Source: a virus
Length of the DNA: 64,000 bases
Direction: 5' to 3' (one strand)
Virus record (IMG/VR): IMGVR_UViG_3300032213_002832
Span: 103,516-167,515 of that record
Notes under the pieces: generated by a model
The model's database searches: none
What the model was told of the DNA's origin: nothing
The model's input: the letters and a program-made list of their open reading frames with translations, nothing else
In this document: in pieces, positions 1 through 10,063 of the stretch
Position numbering within the stretch: position 1 is the stretch's first letter
How the letters are laid out: each line of letters starts with the position of its first letter
Made by a program: the position numbers and the translations under genes

Positions 1-294
1 GACTGGTAACCTACCATCATGCTTATCTAGTATATGTTGCCATCCAGCTTTATTAAATAAGTTAGGGCCTAAGTGCTTAGCAAAGAAAGCATCTGCTTCA
101 TCTATCTTCTCTTGCGTTACAACTTTACCACTAAGGTAACGTCCAATAATATACTGTAATCCAAAGAAGGTTGTCTTTGTAAACTTCCCACCTTTGCGAG
201 CTTCTAAGTATGAATATACTGAAGTAGTTCCAGGTGGATATTGCTTGAAATGAGTTGCCTTATAACTGTCCGTAAGTAGCATGATGTTGTCCAT
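1..294 (-). CDS. nadV: Nicotinamide phosphoribosyltransferase (NAMPT), 5' part; runs off the window
   Basis: Manual translation MDNIMLLTDSYKATHFKQYPPGTTSVYSYLEARKGG...FFGLQY...GRLPV matches the NAMPT N-terminus (TDSYK..H..QYP); AGGAG RBS upstream; not in ORF track. Confidence 0.92.
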   Translation of the reverse strand, partial: MDNIMLLTDSYKATHFKQYPPGTTSVYSYLEARKGGKFTKTTFFGLQYIIGRYLSGKVVTQEKIDEADAFFAKHLGPNLFNKAGWQHILDKHDGRLPV

Positions 295-328
295 AATATT
301 CTCCTTGTTGAAGTCCGCAACCCGCAGA

Positions 329-1360
329 CTATAATTTGTTTGTGAAATAATTGATTATATGTAAGTGATCCTCATAGAATTCTGACTCTTTAATAAATAA
401 GTCTGCTATTGGAATCCATATCGCTCTTTCAGCATCGTCATCACCTTTAACTTGTGGAAGTTGTCCACCGTCAGGTAGTTTTACGCAAAAAGCATTAGTA
501 ATAGTACGACCACGTAGCGATCTACTCGGATTATCAAATACACGCTGGTCAACTATGTATTTCATTAATGTATCTTTTGGTACTAAGATACGAGTCTCTT
601 CTTTGAGCTCACGAAATGCTGAGTCAATAATAGTTTCATTTTGGTTTACGAAGCCACCTGGAAGTGCTAGAAGCCCTTTACCAGGATTAAACTTCCTACG
701 AATAACTAGAACATGGGCGTTTTTAACTACTAGAACATCAGTAGTGACAAAGGTTACTGGATATGGTGCCATTGCCCACATGTCTTTATAATCTTTAATA
801 AACTTCCACTCTTCAACTAAGTTAGTATATGTTGTAGTCTTTTCCCAATTTGTTAAATAATCTGTTACTTCTTTAGCTAAATTATTGGTAAACTGAGGGT
901 TGTTTTGAAAGTATAAGTTACGAATCTCAGTGGCATGTGTTACATTTCTAGCGATAGAGAGTTCTCGTTTCCAACTCTCTGGAAGAGCATCTAGATACCA
1001 AGAGCTCTCATCTTTATTAGAACCTAATACGCATATGCTTGAAGTTTCCACATTATATATTTGATTCATTACTGAGTTATGTAAGTCAGTAAACCAAGCT
1101 GTATCATTATAGTAATAATCACGAACTTGTACAAAAATAAGTCGAGTATTTTCTAATTTAGAGAAACAAACTCTAACCATCTCTTCACGTTCTTGAGCAT
1201 TCCAGGGGTTTTTAATGTTTGGGGCAGCACGATGTGAGCCAAGAGCAATAATTACATTATTGGCTAATTCTAATCCGCGCTTGATTTGATTGATGTGTTC
1301 TTTGTGGGGTGGTTGGAGTCGGCCAATGAAAACCGCATAGTCATACTTATACTTATTCAT
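329..1360 (-). CDS. nadM: Bifunctional NMN adenylyltransferase / ADP-ribose pyrophosphatase (NadM-Nudix)
   Basis: N-terminal FIGRLQPPHKEH (HxGH-like) motif, HATEIR, C-terminal Nudix box GGFVNQNETIIDSAFRELKEET; adjacent to NAMPT. Confidence 0.92.
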   Translation of the reverse strand: MNKYKYDYAVFIGRLQPPHKEHINQIKRGLELANNVIIALGSHRAAPNIKNPWNAQEREEMVRVCFSKLENTRLIFVQVRDYYYNDTAWFTDLHNSVMNQIYNVETSSICVLGSNKDESSWYLDALPESWKRELSIARNVTHATEIRNLYFQNNPQFTNNLAKEVTDYLTNWEKTTTYTNLVEEWKFIKDYKDMWAMAPYPVTFVTTDVLVVKNAHVLVIRRKFNPGKGLLALPGGFVNQNETIIDSAFRELKEETRILVPKDTLMKYIVDQRVFDNPSRSLRGRTITNAFCVKLPDGGQLPQVKGDDDAERAIWIPIADLFIKESEFYEDHLHIINYFTNKL

Positions 1361-1431
1361 ACGATAACCTCGTTAATGTTCTGTCAGCTCTCTGCTAACA
1401 ATGTTATTATACCACAATATATCGAAACGGT

Positions 1432-1974
1432 TTATTGATCAGTACAGATTTTTTCTCTTACAATCGTAATCTCTGTATTTTGATCATGTCGTCTCACTAT
1501 CATTGTAATACTAGTACCTGGTTCACCCCTGATTTCTCCGTAAGGTGTTATAATATCACCAACTTTAAGTCCAGCTTCATCAGCTGGATAATCATCTACC
1601 ACATTAGAGATTTGTTCTTGAGTAGGACTTAAGCGTTTGGAATTAATACCGATACCTCCATACCATTTCTCACACTCATATCCCGATTTTTCACTATCTA
1701 CAAGAACCTGCTTAAGAGTATCACCCTCTTTATCTATGACTTTTTTAGGCTTGCTTTCAGTGGGTGTAGGCTTATTCTCTACCATGTTAGGTGGTTTCGG
1801 CATAATGTTCTTATTGTCACCCTTATTATCTTCTTTATCTTTACCGGTCTTATTATCAATAATAGTCATAGTGATAGCTTCTCTTTTCTCTACTTTATCG
1901 TGACCTTTCATTAGGATCGACATTGTTGAGAAGAAAAGCGAATGTACAAATATACTAAGTACTATATAGTTCAT
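1432..1974 (-). CDS. Membrane-anchored PDZ-domain protein
   Basis: N-terminal TM (TonB-like S..VH), Pro/Lys linker, CtpA-type PDZ (GGIGI...PADEAGLKVGDII...IRGEPGT). Confidence 0.7.
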   Translation of the reverse strand: MNYIVLSIFVHSLFFSTMSILMKGHDKVEKREAITMTIIDNKTGKDKEDNKGDNKNIMPKPPNMVENKPTPTESKPKKVIDKEGDTLKQVLVDSEKSGYECEKWYGGIGINSKRLSPTQEQISNVVDDYPADEAGLKVGDIITPYGEIRGEPGTSITMIVRRHDQNTEITIVREKICTDQ

Positions 1975-1995
1975 TAAATATACCTCATAATAAAT

Positions 1996-2020
1996 TGTGG
2001 GGAGTCATTGACTCCCCACA
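1996..2020 (-). terminator. Intrinsic terminator-like hairpin
   Basis: TGTGGGGAGTC / GACTCCCCACA inverted repeat between genes. Confidence 0.65.
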
Positions 2021-2043
2021 CAAACTAAACTTTTATCTAATAA

Positions 2044-2307
2044 TTAGATAGATCCATTAACCTTACGGTTCTTAAGGGCTTTAAGAAGACGTGCTTTAGG
2101 CGTCTTTCCATAAGCAGCAAACTTTCCGTTACCTTGGAAAACTTGTTCTGTTTGTCCATTTAGCCATGTGTCTAGTGCTAATGACTTTTCTGAAAACACA
2201 CCTTTGCGAGGAGATACTGTATAGTATGGTCCTGCTTCTGTAACTTTTCTAGAGTTAACACTTTGTAATGCTGCTACAAAAAAACTGATTGTATAACCTT
2301 TTGACAT
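2044..2307 (-). CDS. Hypothetical basic protein
   Basis: ORF with AAGGA RBS, followed by terminator. Confidence 0.6.
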   Translation of the reverse strand: MSKGYTISFFVAALQSVNSRKVTEAGPYYTVSPRKGVFSEKSLALDTWLNGQTEQVFQGNGKFAAYGKTPKARLLKALKNRKVNGSI

Positions 2308-2381
2308 CTAATTTCCTTTATCAATGATGTTGATCGTTCGTATGTTATTTATACCTATTATTTATCGGAACAATGTGAACC

Positions 2382-4673
2382 TTATATTTTATTTTCCAAT
2401 ATGCCTTTAACAATATTCTCCACACTATCATTCTTATATGTAGTGATGTTGTCAAACTTTTCTTCCATATTTGGTAATACTAATTTCGTCTCAAATTCAC
2501 CAATCACTCTAATTGCCGTTTCAGCATCTTTTATAGAGGGATGATTCTCTCTTGCTATGGCTCTTTCAGTACATATATCAGCCGGAACATCTAGAATTAC
2601 AGCGGATACATCAGTGAGTTTAAAGTTCTTAGCTAAATCAAGCCAACTCTTTCTTTGTAGTACATCGAAGTTACAACGATCTATAACAACATTCTTATTC
2701 TGCTTTATAGCTTCTACTGTAGCCTTCTTACAAGCATTACGTGATCCCAAATCATCTTGGTTCACACGCACATATCCATGTTTCTCAAGCTCTGTTGCCA
2801 CGGTAGATTTACCAGAACCAGGTAGGCCAACAAGTATGATCATCTTAGATTTACTTGTATTATTACTTTTATTGTTATTATTATAATAATACATTATGTC
2901 ATCACCAAACTTACCCCACTCTTTTGGTCCCATATCAAGTTCTGCTTGTAATAACTCTTTAGTCACAAGCTGATCTTCAGAGAGAATCTTCTTTACAGCC
3001 TCATCTACTCTGCCCTGCATAGTAGCATCAAAATTCTGCCAATGAACTTCCTCTATATCTGAAGGTTTTATCTTATAAAGAGTCCTATTAATAACGTCAC
3101 AATTCTCATCTAATAAATACATTACTTTGCCTTCTACAGCAAAATGTTCATATTCATACTTATGAGGTAAATTCTTAAACTTACGGTATATTAAGTTACT
3201 ATTTAAATCTTCAAGTTGATGTTGCTTACATTTAGCTACCACATCAATAGGTGCTGAAAAGCAATTAATGTCATCCTCTGCGAATATAACAGGTCGTATA
3301 GCACCATTATCGGTAATAACAAATAGTGGTTTTAAATCTATATCAAAATTATATTCAACTAAATGTGGCTCTTTTTTACCACACAATTCAGCAGATACAG
3401 CACTTACATGGTGGTATTCTAATAACTGTGTTATCTTTTGTACTGTCTCTTCATTATTTAACAATACTTCTCTAGTTAAAGATAAGAAATTACCCATAGG
3501 AGAGTCGCCTAAGAATGGTCTACCTTTAGATTTAGCTGTAACAAACACTGTATTCTCAGCATCAGTATACTTATAGAATAATACATTCATACCATTCCAC
3601 TTTTCAGCGAAGTATACATATTTATAATCTTTTATATCCATGTACTCTTTAGATCCATATGTTTTATATGGATATGCCAGTTTAGGAGTACCATGTACAA
3701 GCTGTTGCTTAACAACTATACCATTCACATGAGTAATTAGCAATGAACCCTGCATTAACCCTTTTTCACGACATATAATTCCACTCACATGATTGCTTTT
3801 ATTAAACGGATCTTCCATGGTAAATTTATCAGTGAATTTAATATTACATCCAAACAGTTTAGCAGCTATTGCTCGGTACTTATCTAGTTCACTAGTAGGT
3901 ACCGCACTTTGCTCTAAGCACTTAATTTCTTTAAAAGGTTGCCCATGCTTAGCTCTTAATACATCTACTGTACCAGTAGAGAAGAAGCAACCATTAATAA
4001 CTTTATCATCAGTTAAACCAGCGCTTGTGTCATACCACTTCCATAAAATACCGTCAACTGCTCCAGGTTCTTGGCCAGCAGTACAGTGAACATGGCCAGA
4101 CATGTAGGCCTTGATTCCAGCCGCACCTATAAGTTCTGCTGTAGATACACTCTGTGGATAATGTCCTATCAATACTGGAATAGGGTTTTTAAGTGATTTA
4201 GACTGATGAACCACATCTTTAGCGAAGTCCACTATATTCTTATTAACTTTTTCCATATCTTCTGTTTTTAAAGAGTGATCTGAATAGCAGCCAATAACAT
4301 ATGGGCCTAATTGCATTATTTCATTTTCACCAATTATATGTAACCTAGGTACATTTAAGCTAAGTTTTAGCTCTCCAACTCTCCATGATGCGTCGTGATT
4401 TCCACGACATACAACTATATGACCTAATATATTAGCTCTAAGCCAGTTTAATGAATTAAATACTGAACGCCCGTACATATCATGAGTAATGTCACCAGTA
4501 ATAAAAGTGATATCGTTTTCACTTATATTTTCTTTAGCAAAGTCTGCTATAGCTTCTAAGTAATTAACAAAAGTCCATGAACCAATAGCCCACCTACGCT
4601 CATGCATCTTTTTAATAGGCTGCATGTTCTCATCCATGGAGAGGTGGGTATCTGAAATATGCCAAATTTTCAT
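2382..4673 (-). CDS. Three-domain RNA repair enzyme: metallophosphoesterase + RNA-ligase-like nucleotidyltransferase + polynucleotide kinase
   Basis: DTH/GD/GNHD/GHVH calcineurin-like motifs; EKWNG motif I and EGKV motif IV; P-loop GLPGSGKST, NQDDLG, VVIDRCN. Confidence 0.75.
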   Translation of the reverse strand: MKIWHISDTHLSMDENMQPIKKMHERRWAIGSWTFVNYLEAIADFAKENISENDITFITGDITHDMYGRSVFNSLNWLRANILGHIVVCRGNHDASWRVGELKLSLNVPRLHIIGENEIMQLGPYVIGCYSDHSLKTEDMEKVNKNIVDFAKDVVHQSKSLKNPIPVLIGHYPQSVSTAELIGAAGIKAYMSGHVHCTAGQEPGAVDGILWKWYDTSAGLTDDKVINGCFFSTGTVDVLRAKHGQPFKEIKCLEQSAVPTSELDKYRAIAAKLFGCNIKFTDKFTMEDPFNKSNHVSGIICREKGLMQGSLLITHVNGIVVKQQLVHGTPKLAYPYKTYGSKEYMDIKDYKYVYFAEKWNGMNVLFYKYTDAENTVFVTAKSKGRPFLGDSPMGNFLSLTREVLLNNEETVQKITQLLEYHHVSAVSAELCGKKEPHLVEYNFDIDLKPLFVITDNGAIRPVIFAEDDINCFSAPIDVVAKCKQHQLEDLNSNLIYRKFKNLPHKYEYEHFAVEGKVMYLLDENCDVINRTLYKIKPSDIEEVHWQNFDATMQGRVDEAVKKILSEDQLVTKELLQAELDMGPKEWGKFGDDIMYYYNNNNKSNNTSKSKMIILVGLPGSGKSTVATELEKHGYVRVNQDDLGSRNACKKATVEAIKQNKNVVIDRCNFDVLQRKSWLDLAKNFKLTDVSAVILDVPADICTERAIARENHPSIKDAETAIRVIGEFETKLVLPNMEEKFDNITTYKNDSVENIVKGILENKI

Positions 4674-4684
4674 ACTAATCCTTT

Positions 4685-4999
4685 TTATACGTCACTGTAT
4701 TCAAACTCTTTACTACCACTATGAGAAATGAGAGTGAGTTTTAAATGTTCGTATGGTAATATTTTCCATTCATAATCTAATAACTGAAGTTTATCATCTT
4801 TATAAAGATCCGTAAGTACTCTATGTATAGCAGAGGAATGCATGCTAGAATGAGATTTAAGTATCACATTTATAGAGTCTTGTGTAATCAGTTTATCTTG
4901 TTTAAGATGATTTAGCATAGCAGTCTTGCAATCCATCAGCTCAAATAATCTATTTAGAAACTCTACCTTCTTATTCATCATCAATCTCCGAGTAATCAA
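4685..4999 (-). CDS. Hypothetical protein (start probably at the Met-Met near 4981)
   Basis: ORF packed in operon. Confidence 0.55.
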   Translation of the reverse strand: MITRRLMMNKKVEFLNRLFELMDCKTAMLNHLKQDKLITQDSINVILKSHSSMHSSAIHRVLTDLYKDDKLQLLDYEWKILPYEHLKLTLISHSGSKEFEYSDV

Positions 5000-5175
5000 G
5001 ATTCCAGTAATACCAGCTAGAACAAAAAGCCTTAGCCCATCTGATAGCCTCGTCTTTTGTACCCTTGTATATAGGACCTATGCGATAACCGCTTGGAGAA
5101 AATAAGCAATACCTATTTTTACTAATTGGCTTCAGCTTTATTTTTATCATTACAACTCTTTAATAAGCCTAAAGC

Positions 5176-6291
5176 TTAGTGAAAATCAGTGTTATCTCCA
5201 AGTAGATATTCATCACTAATTAATTTAAGCACCTTACGTCCTATGTGGCACTTTTCTTCTTTGATAGGACGGATCACTACACCTTCTATTACCTTTTGGC
5301 TTGGTACCATCACTGAGTTACCCTTAGTGAGCTCTTTAGCTTTGGCTGTATCGAAAGGTCCTTTATATAGTACTGGGACAGTTTCGAATCCGAGTTTAGA
5401 GCACAGAGATTCTACATAGCTTTGATCTGTAAAGCCATTTCCAACAATCATTGTATCGAATATTACTAGCTTACGCTCACCTTCTTTACAACCGTATGTA
5501 TACCCTTTTTGGATACCAGAGCCGTATATCTCGCCATAAAAGACATGACCTTTAAGTCCTTCAGTCTTTTTCTTTAAATCATATTGAATAACAGCTGCTT
5601 CATATACGTTTCCAATACCCATTTTCTCATAATAATCTTTGTTAAAAGATGTTTTACTTTGAAGTTGTACTCTATTAGAGCCAAACGCAAATTCATACTT
5701 AGGTAATAAGCCAAATAGTTTCTTTACTTTCTTGAAAAATGTATCAGCTACTGTTGGGACCCAGCCGAATCGGAAGTTGGTTCCATGAACCTTTTCAGTA
5801 ATGAAGACCTCTTCACCTTCTTGAAATAGATTTGGGTTATGTTTAAAGTTATCAAGTCCACCATATTCCGCAAAGTATGGGTTCTTGTTTTTCTTTGGAG
5901 CCGGGCTTCCAGTCATTGATGGAGGTGCTTCTGGTGGCTCAAACTTAGTGATACCTAATTGCTTAGTACAGTCATACCCTTCTTTTTCAGGTACTTTGAA
6001 TACGCTACACTTGGCTAACATGCCTTGAGAAATACAGCCTCTTAGCTTAATTGTCTTTACACGAGATTTGCTAAGCTTAACTTTAGAATCAGGCGAGAAT
6101 AGGACATCTTCTACTTCTTTAGAGAGTATAGAGTCAATCGGAATATAGATTGCTAAATCGCCTGCTACAAAAGCGCCTTTTTGAATTACACATTGCCATC
6201 CAGCAATATGCGCCACCTCGAGGCGATCAGCATTTGGAACAGGACTTATACTACTTATCTTTACTACTTTAACTGAAAAATCTGAAGCCAT
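5176..6291 (-). CDS. ATP-dependent RNA ligase, DRB0094 family
   Basis: N-terminal OB-like PNADRLE..GWQCV, IKLRGCISQG; TEKVHGTN motif I, YGEIYG, EGVVIR, LKLIS. Confidence 0.88.
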   Translation of the reverse strand: MASDFSVKVVKISSISPVPNADRLEVAHIAGWQCVIQKGAFVAGDLAIYIPIDSILSKEVEDVLFSPDSKVKLSKSRVKTIKLRGCISQGMLAKCSVFKVPEKEGYDCTKQLGITKFEPPEAPPSMTGSPAPKKNKNPYFAEYGGLDNFKHNPNLFQEGEEVFITEKVHGTNFRFGWVPTVADTFFKKVKKLFGLLPKYEFAFGSNRVQLQSKTSFNKDYYEKMGIGNVYEAAVIQYDLKKKTEGLKGHVFYGEIYGSGIQKGYTYGCKEGERKLVIFDTMIVGNGFTDQSYVESLCSKLGFETVPVLYKGPFDTAKAKELTKGNSVMVPSQKVIEGVVIRPIKEEKCHIGRKVLKLISDEYLLGDNTDFH

Positions 6292-7535
6292 TATTTATCA
6301 TTCCTCCATCGAAGTATAACCGGAAATCTCATTACACCATCGGCACTTAAATCTTGGTATTTAATCTCTGCTATTCTACCCACCGCTAATGATGGCGTAT
6401 TCCATATATTAGATCTATCTTCATCTGTAAATCCAGAACCTACATCACATGCTAAACCATTCTCTTGAATAAGCTTTAATCCACCCATCATCCCAGCATA
6501 TTTGCCTTCACCTTCATATAGTCCAACAACTTTACAATCCATCGATTTCATTGTTTTGAACTTCATTAGGCGATTAGACTTCTTACCAAGGTAATATGGG
6601 ATATTAGGCAATGCCATAGCACCTTCTAAACCTTGTGCTAAGTATTGTCTTTCAAGCTCTAATATCTCATCTACACTTTTAACTAAGGCTTGAGTGACCT
6701 TTACTATATTAGTGAGATTAGGATTTTGCTCAAAGAATAGGTCGAGATTCTCCAGTCTCTCTTTAGTGACCATCTTAAAGCTGCTACTATTAAATTCATT
6801 AGTTGGAATCCATCCAAACACATGGTATTTGACATCGCCCACACTCTTCTTGCTTTTGCTTGACATTGCTGTTTGCTGCATGGCATTGAAGTCATCTGAC
6901 ATGATCTCGCCATCTAAGATGAAATAGGTATCTTCGCAAAGACTCTCTAGTGTTTCTTTAATAGATGGGAAGTTCTCAAACTCCGTACCATTGCGTGAAA
7001 ACAGTTGTACTTGGCCATAAGAACATATAGCAAGACACCTGTATCCATCAAGCTTAGGGCTAACATAAACACCTTCTTTGACCAACGCCGGAAGGTTCTT
7101 TGCTTCCTTACCATCCTTAGCTAACATCACATCAAAGTCAGGGATATTGAATCCAGCTTTATTAGCTTCAGTGAGTCCAAAGCCGGCACGCAAGTTCTTA
7201 CGCAATACACGCGCATACCATTTAGCCTCTAATGGATTAAGCAATTCAAATACCTTATCTACTTCACCTTTAGCCTCATTTCCAGTGATACTTCGTGTCT
7301 CTAATCTATTTAGTAATTTCATAAATATTGTATGAGTTGTCTTAGTAGCTTTAGTATCATCTGGAAAACCAGCTACATCATTGAACTTCTTAACATAATA
7401 CTTACGTTTGAAGTTGAGAGCAGCATCAATTAATTCTGCCAACTCAGTATTGTTCTGGTTGGCAGTTAAAATCTTCTGTTTCTCGGATGTCGATGAGGTT
7501 TTCTCGAGCAAATCTAATACGTCGAGCGCATTCAT
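6291..7535 (-). CDS. lig: ATP-dependent DNA ligase
   Basis: PKLDGYRC motif I, SRNG, LDGEI, EGAM, KFK, VGSGFTD, RFP. Confidence 0.95.
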   Translation of the reverse strand: MNALDVLDLLEKTSSTSEKQKILTANQNNTELAELIDAALNFKRKYYVKKFNDVAGFPDDTKATKTTHTIFMKLLNRLETRSITGNEAKGEVDKVFELLNPLEAKWYARVLRKNLRAGFGLTEANKAGFNIPDFDVMLAKDGKEAKNLPALVKEGVYVSPKLDGYRCLAICSYGQVQLFSRNGTEFENFPSIKETLESLCEDTYFILDGEIMSDDFNAMQQTAMSSKSKKSVGDVKYHVFGWIPTNEFNSSSFKMVTKERLENLDLFFEQNPNLTNIVKVTQALVKSVDEILELERQYLAQGLEGAMALPNIPYYLGKKSNRLMKFKTMKSMDCKVVGLYEGEGKYAGMMGGLKLIQENGLACDVGSGFTDEDRSNIWNTPSLAVGRIAEIKYQDLSADGVMRFPVILRWRNDK

Positions 7536-7544
7536 ATTATCTCC

Positions 7545-8327
7545 TTAATGTTTTGATAAAAAAGCTTCTAAAGCACTTAGAGGTACTAGCATAGCAAAAG
7601 CTCTAAGCTGACCCTCTACTAACGACATTACACCAACTACTTCACCATCTTCATTAAGAGCAGGCGATCCACTCTGTCCCTTATCAGCTAACGCGTCTGT
7701 GAACATAAAAGGTGCCGTGAGAACACATATTTGTTCATTTTTTATTGTTCCATCTTTTAATTTTATCGAAACGGTTTCAATTTTATACTTTTTAGCTACG
7801 CAGAATTTTAGATCTTCTAGTGGATATTGGTTGGATATAAGAAAACGCCCACGATAATGTCCACTTGAAGAAGACAATAGTGGGACAATAGGATATCCTA
7901 CTATGGTGACTTTTGAGTCAATATAAACATCTTCAGCTAACTTAATAGATTTAAAATGAAAATCTTTTGGTACCTCAACAAGACATAAATCGTGTTCACT
8001 ATCAAGTTTGAGTGGTTTTACTTTAAATCGTGAATATTTTCGTAAAATATTATTCTCTCTATGAGAGACAATAAAGAGTGGTAGTAGGTTGTTTATTTCG
8101 CACACATGAGCATTAGTAATAATGACCTGTTTACCACTTTTTGTATTAGCGAGAAAGCCAGTACCACTGGATCCAGTGGTAACATCTTCTAAAGATACGA
8201 TTGATTCAGCATTTTGGTGTAAAACATTCTCTGATTCATGAATAGTTTTCTCGTGATCAATAATAGAAAAACTAGAAACCATGCCGAGTATTACCAGTAA
8301 ACCTATTATCATTCGATTGTCCTTCAT
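7545..8327 (-). CDS. Secreted or membrane-anchored trypsin-like serine protease
   Basis: Signal/TM; GTGF, TNAHVC (His), HDLC (Asp), GQSGSP (Ser). Confidence 0.85.
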   Translation of the reverse strand: MKDNRMIIGLLVILGMVSSFSIIDHEKTIHESENVLHQNAESIVSLEDVTTGSSGTGFLANTKSGKQVIITNAHVCEINNLLPLFIVSHRENNILRKYSRFKVKPLKLDSEHDLCLVEVPKDFHFKSIKLAEDVYIDSKVTIVGYPIVPLLSSSSGHYRGRFLISNQYPLEDLKFCVAKKYKIETVSIKLKDGTIKNEQICVLTAPFMFTDALADKGQSGSPALNEDGEVVGVMSLVEGQLRAFAMLVPLSALEAFLSKH

Positions 8328-8600
8328 GTCTATTTTCTTATAATGAGAGTTTGATTATCTCTTAATTCAACTTTGAATCCGTTATTTTTCAACAACTCAA
8401 CTATTTCATAAACTGAAACATTATCAAATTTGACATAACCGTTATCAATCATTATACCTTCTTTAACAAAACCTTTATTTTTATTACGTATCCTCTCGTC
8501 TTCACTCATCCCCATATTAATGACTCTCCTTTATGTAGTAGGCTATTATAGACAGTATAATAAGTAGTATAATAGCTTATATATTAGTATTGAGGAACAA

Positions 8601-9005
8601 ATGAGTCTCTTAAAAGATCCGAAGAACAAGAAACTACTTGACGAATTTATGATCGAACACGCCCCACTTATCAATAAGCATATTAACGTATTGAAATCAC
8701 AGAATAAGATACCACCACACGTTCAAGAAGAAGACCTACATTTGGCTGGATTCAAGGGTTTAATGGAGGCTGTCCATAAATATGATCCAGAGATTGCTAG
8801 TCGACTATCTTCGAAAGAGGGTGAAAACGTCTTTGCTAAATATGCCGACAAGAAAATTCGTGGACATATGCTAGATCATGTAGTCTCTACTGGTGAAATA
8901 CCTAAAGTACACCAGAAGAGAGCCAAGAATATCAGCCTTCTTGAGAAGCAACCTGAGGCTACTACGACTGTGAATCTGGCGAATCCGGTGAAGAGCTCAG
9001 AATAG
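8601..9005 (+). CDS. Sigma-70 family region-2-only protein, FliA/WhiG-like
   Basis: EDLHLAGFKGLMEAVHKYDP...FAKYADKKIRGHMLD resembles FliA region 2 (IRGAMLD); no region 4; GAGGA RBS and TATAAT upstream. Confidence 0.72.
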   Translation: MSLLKDPKNKKLLDEFMIEHAPLINKHINVLKSQNKIPPHVQEEDLHLAGFKGLMEAVHKYDPEIASRLSSKEGENVFAKYADKKIRGHMLDHVVSTGEIPKVHQKRAKNISLLEKQPEATTTVNLANPVKSSE

Positions 9006-9309
9006 TTTCTAATTGTTCATGGAACTCACCTTCATTCCAAACTTCACCACAAGCTGTAATCACCTCTTTAATAGCCTCATCCTGAATTAGAGGGTGAGTG
9101 CTTGTATATAGAGCACCGCATAGAGCTACGGTGAGCTTATATTGATCTTCAGGACTATATGTATCGCCTTTGGCTTTATATTTACCTAATTCTGCCTTCA
9201 ACTTATCTGTCATCACTAAATCATTAGAAGTGCCAGCATAGTTACTGAAGAAATCTTCAATCATCTTAATGTCGTCATTATTAATCACTACTTTATCCTT
9301 AATGTCCAT
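8962..9309 (-). CDS. Hypothetical protein
   Basis: ORF with GAGG RBS. Confidence 0.6.
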   Translation of the reverse strand: MDIKDKVVINNDDIKMIEDFFSNYAGTSNDLVMTDKLKAELGKYKAKGDTYSPEDQYKLTVALCGALYTSTHPLIQDEAIKEVITACGEVWNEGEFHEQLETILSSSPDSPDSQS

Positions 9310-9325
9310 TTTTAACCCTCTAGAA

Positions 9326-9976
9326 TTATTTGGTTTTCTTTGTGGTTTTTTTAACCAACGTTTTTGTTTTACCCTTAATTCTATTCACCTTAGGTTTTAA
9401 TTCTGGAATTTCATATGCCCATGATACAACCGGAATGATATTAGGGATGCCTATCACGTCAATAATATTGAATTTCTTGGCAGCTTCGGCAGACATCCAT
9501 ATCTCTTTAGATCCAACAGAATCTTTTATTAATTGTTGAAGTTTCTCATATGTAGTACCACAGTTGGCAGCAAGTAACCCCATAAAGCACCTATTCATTC
9601 TTAAAGCCTCATCACTATCTGCCTTAATAGAGTAAGCGTCACCCCAAGAACCAGTAGAGATATTGTGAATCATCACTCTACTCAATGGACCACAGAACCT
9701 TGTGTCACCGTGCGACAAAAGGATTGCGCCGCAACTTATAGCTTTGCCCATACAAATAGTGATAAACCTATTCGGAACTTCATCCATTGTCTCTATCATT
9801 TTAGCTAATGAATCTACAAAACCACCATAACTGTCTATATAGATTGGGATAACTATACTTGGGTCTTGTTTAGCGATGGATAAAACCTGGTACCTAAATT
9901 CTTGTGCTGATTTCTCTGTAAACTGAGTGACCCAAATCTCTCCACTGTACGCACTTGCCGCCGCTTCATTAGCCAT
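9326..9976 (-). CDS. clpP: ClpP-like serine protease
   Basis: IYIDSYGG, GKAISCGAILL (Ser), VMIHN (His), WMSAEAA..NIID. Confidence 0.88.
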   Translation of the reverse strand: MANEAAASAYSGEIWVTQFTEKSAQEFRYQVLSIAKQDPSIVIPIYIDSYGGFVDSLAKMIETMDEVPNRFITICMGKAISCGAILLSHGDTRFCGPLSRVMIHNISTGSWGDAYSIKADSDEALRMNRCFMGLLAANCGTTYEKLQQLIKDSVGSKEIWMSAEAAKKFNIIDVIGIPNIIPVVSWAYEIPELKPKVNRIKGKTKTLVKKTTKKTK

Positions 9977-10063
9977 CTGTTACCTCATAGAATTTAGTAT
10001 ATAATATCTTTATACTCACCCTCCAGTACACAGTACAATATAGATATGAAATAGGAGTAATTA

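Noticed and set aside
555-7335. Plus-strand ORFs antisense to the metabolic genes, and similar shadow ORFs in the sheath, HNH and tape measure genes
   Set aside because: Fully nested opposite well-supported genes, with no RBS or recognisable motifs
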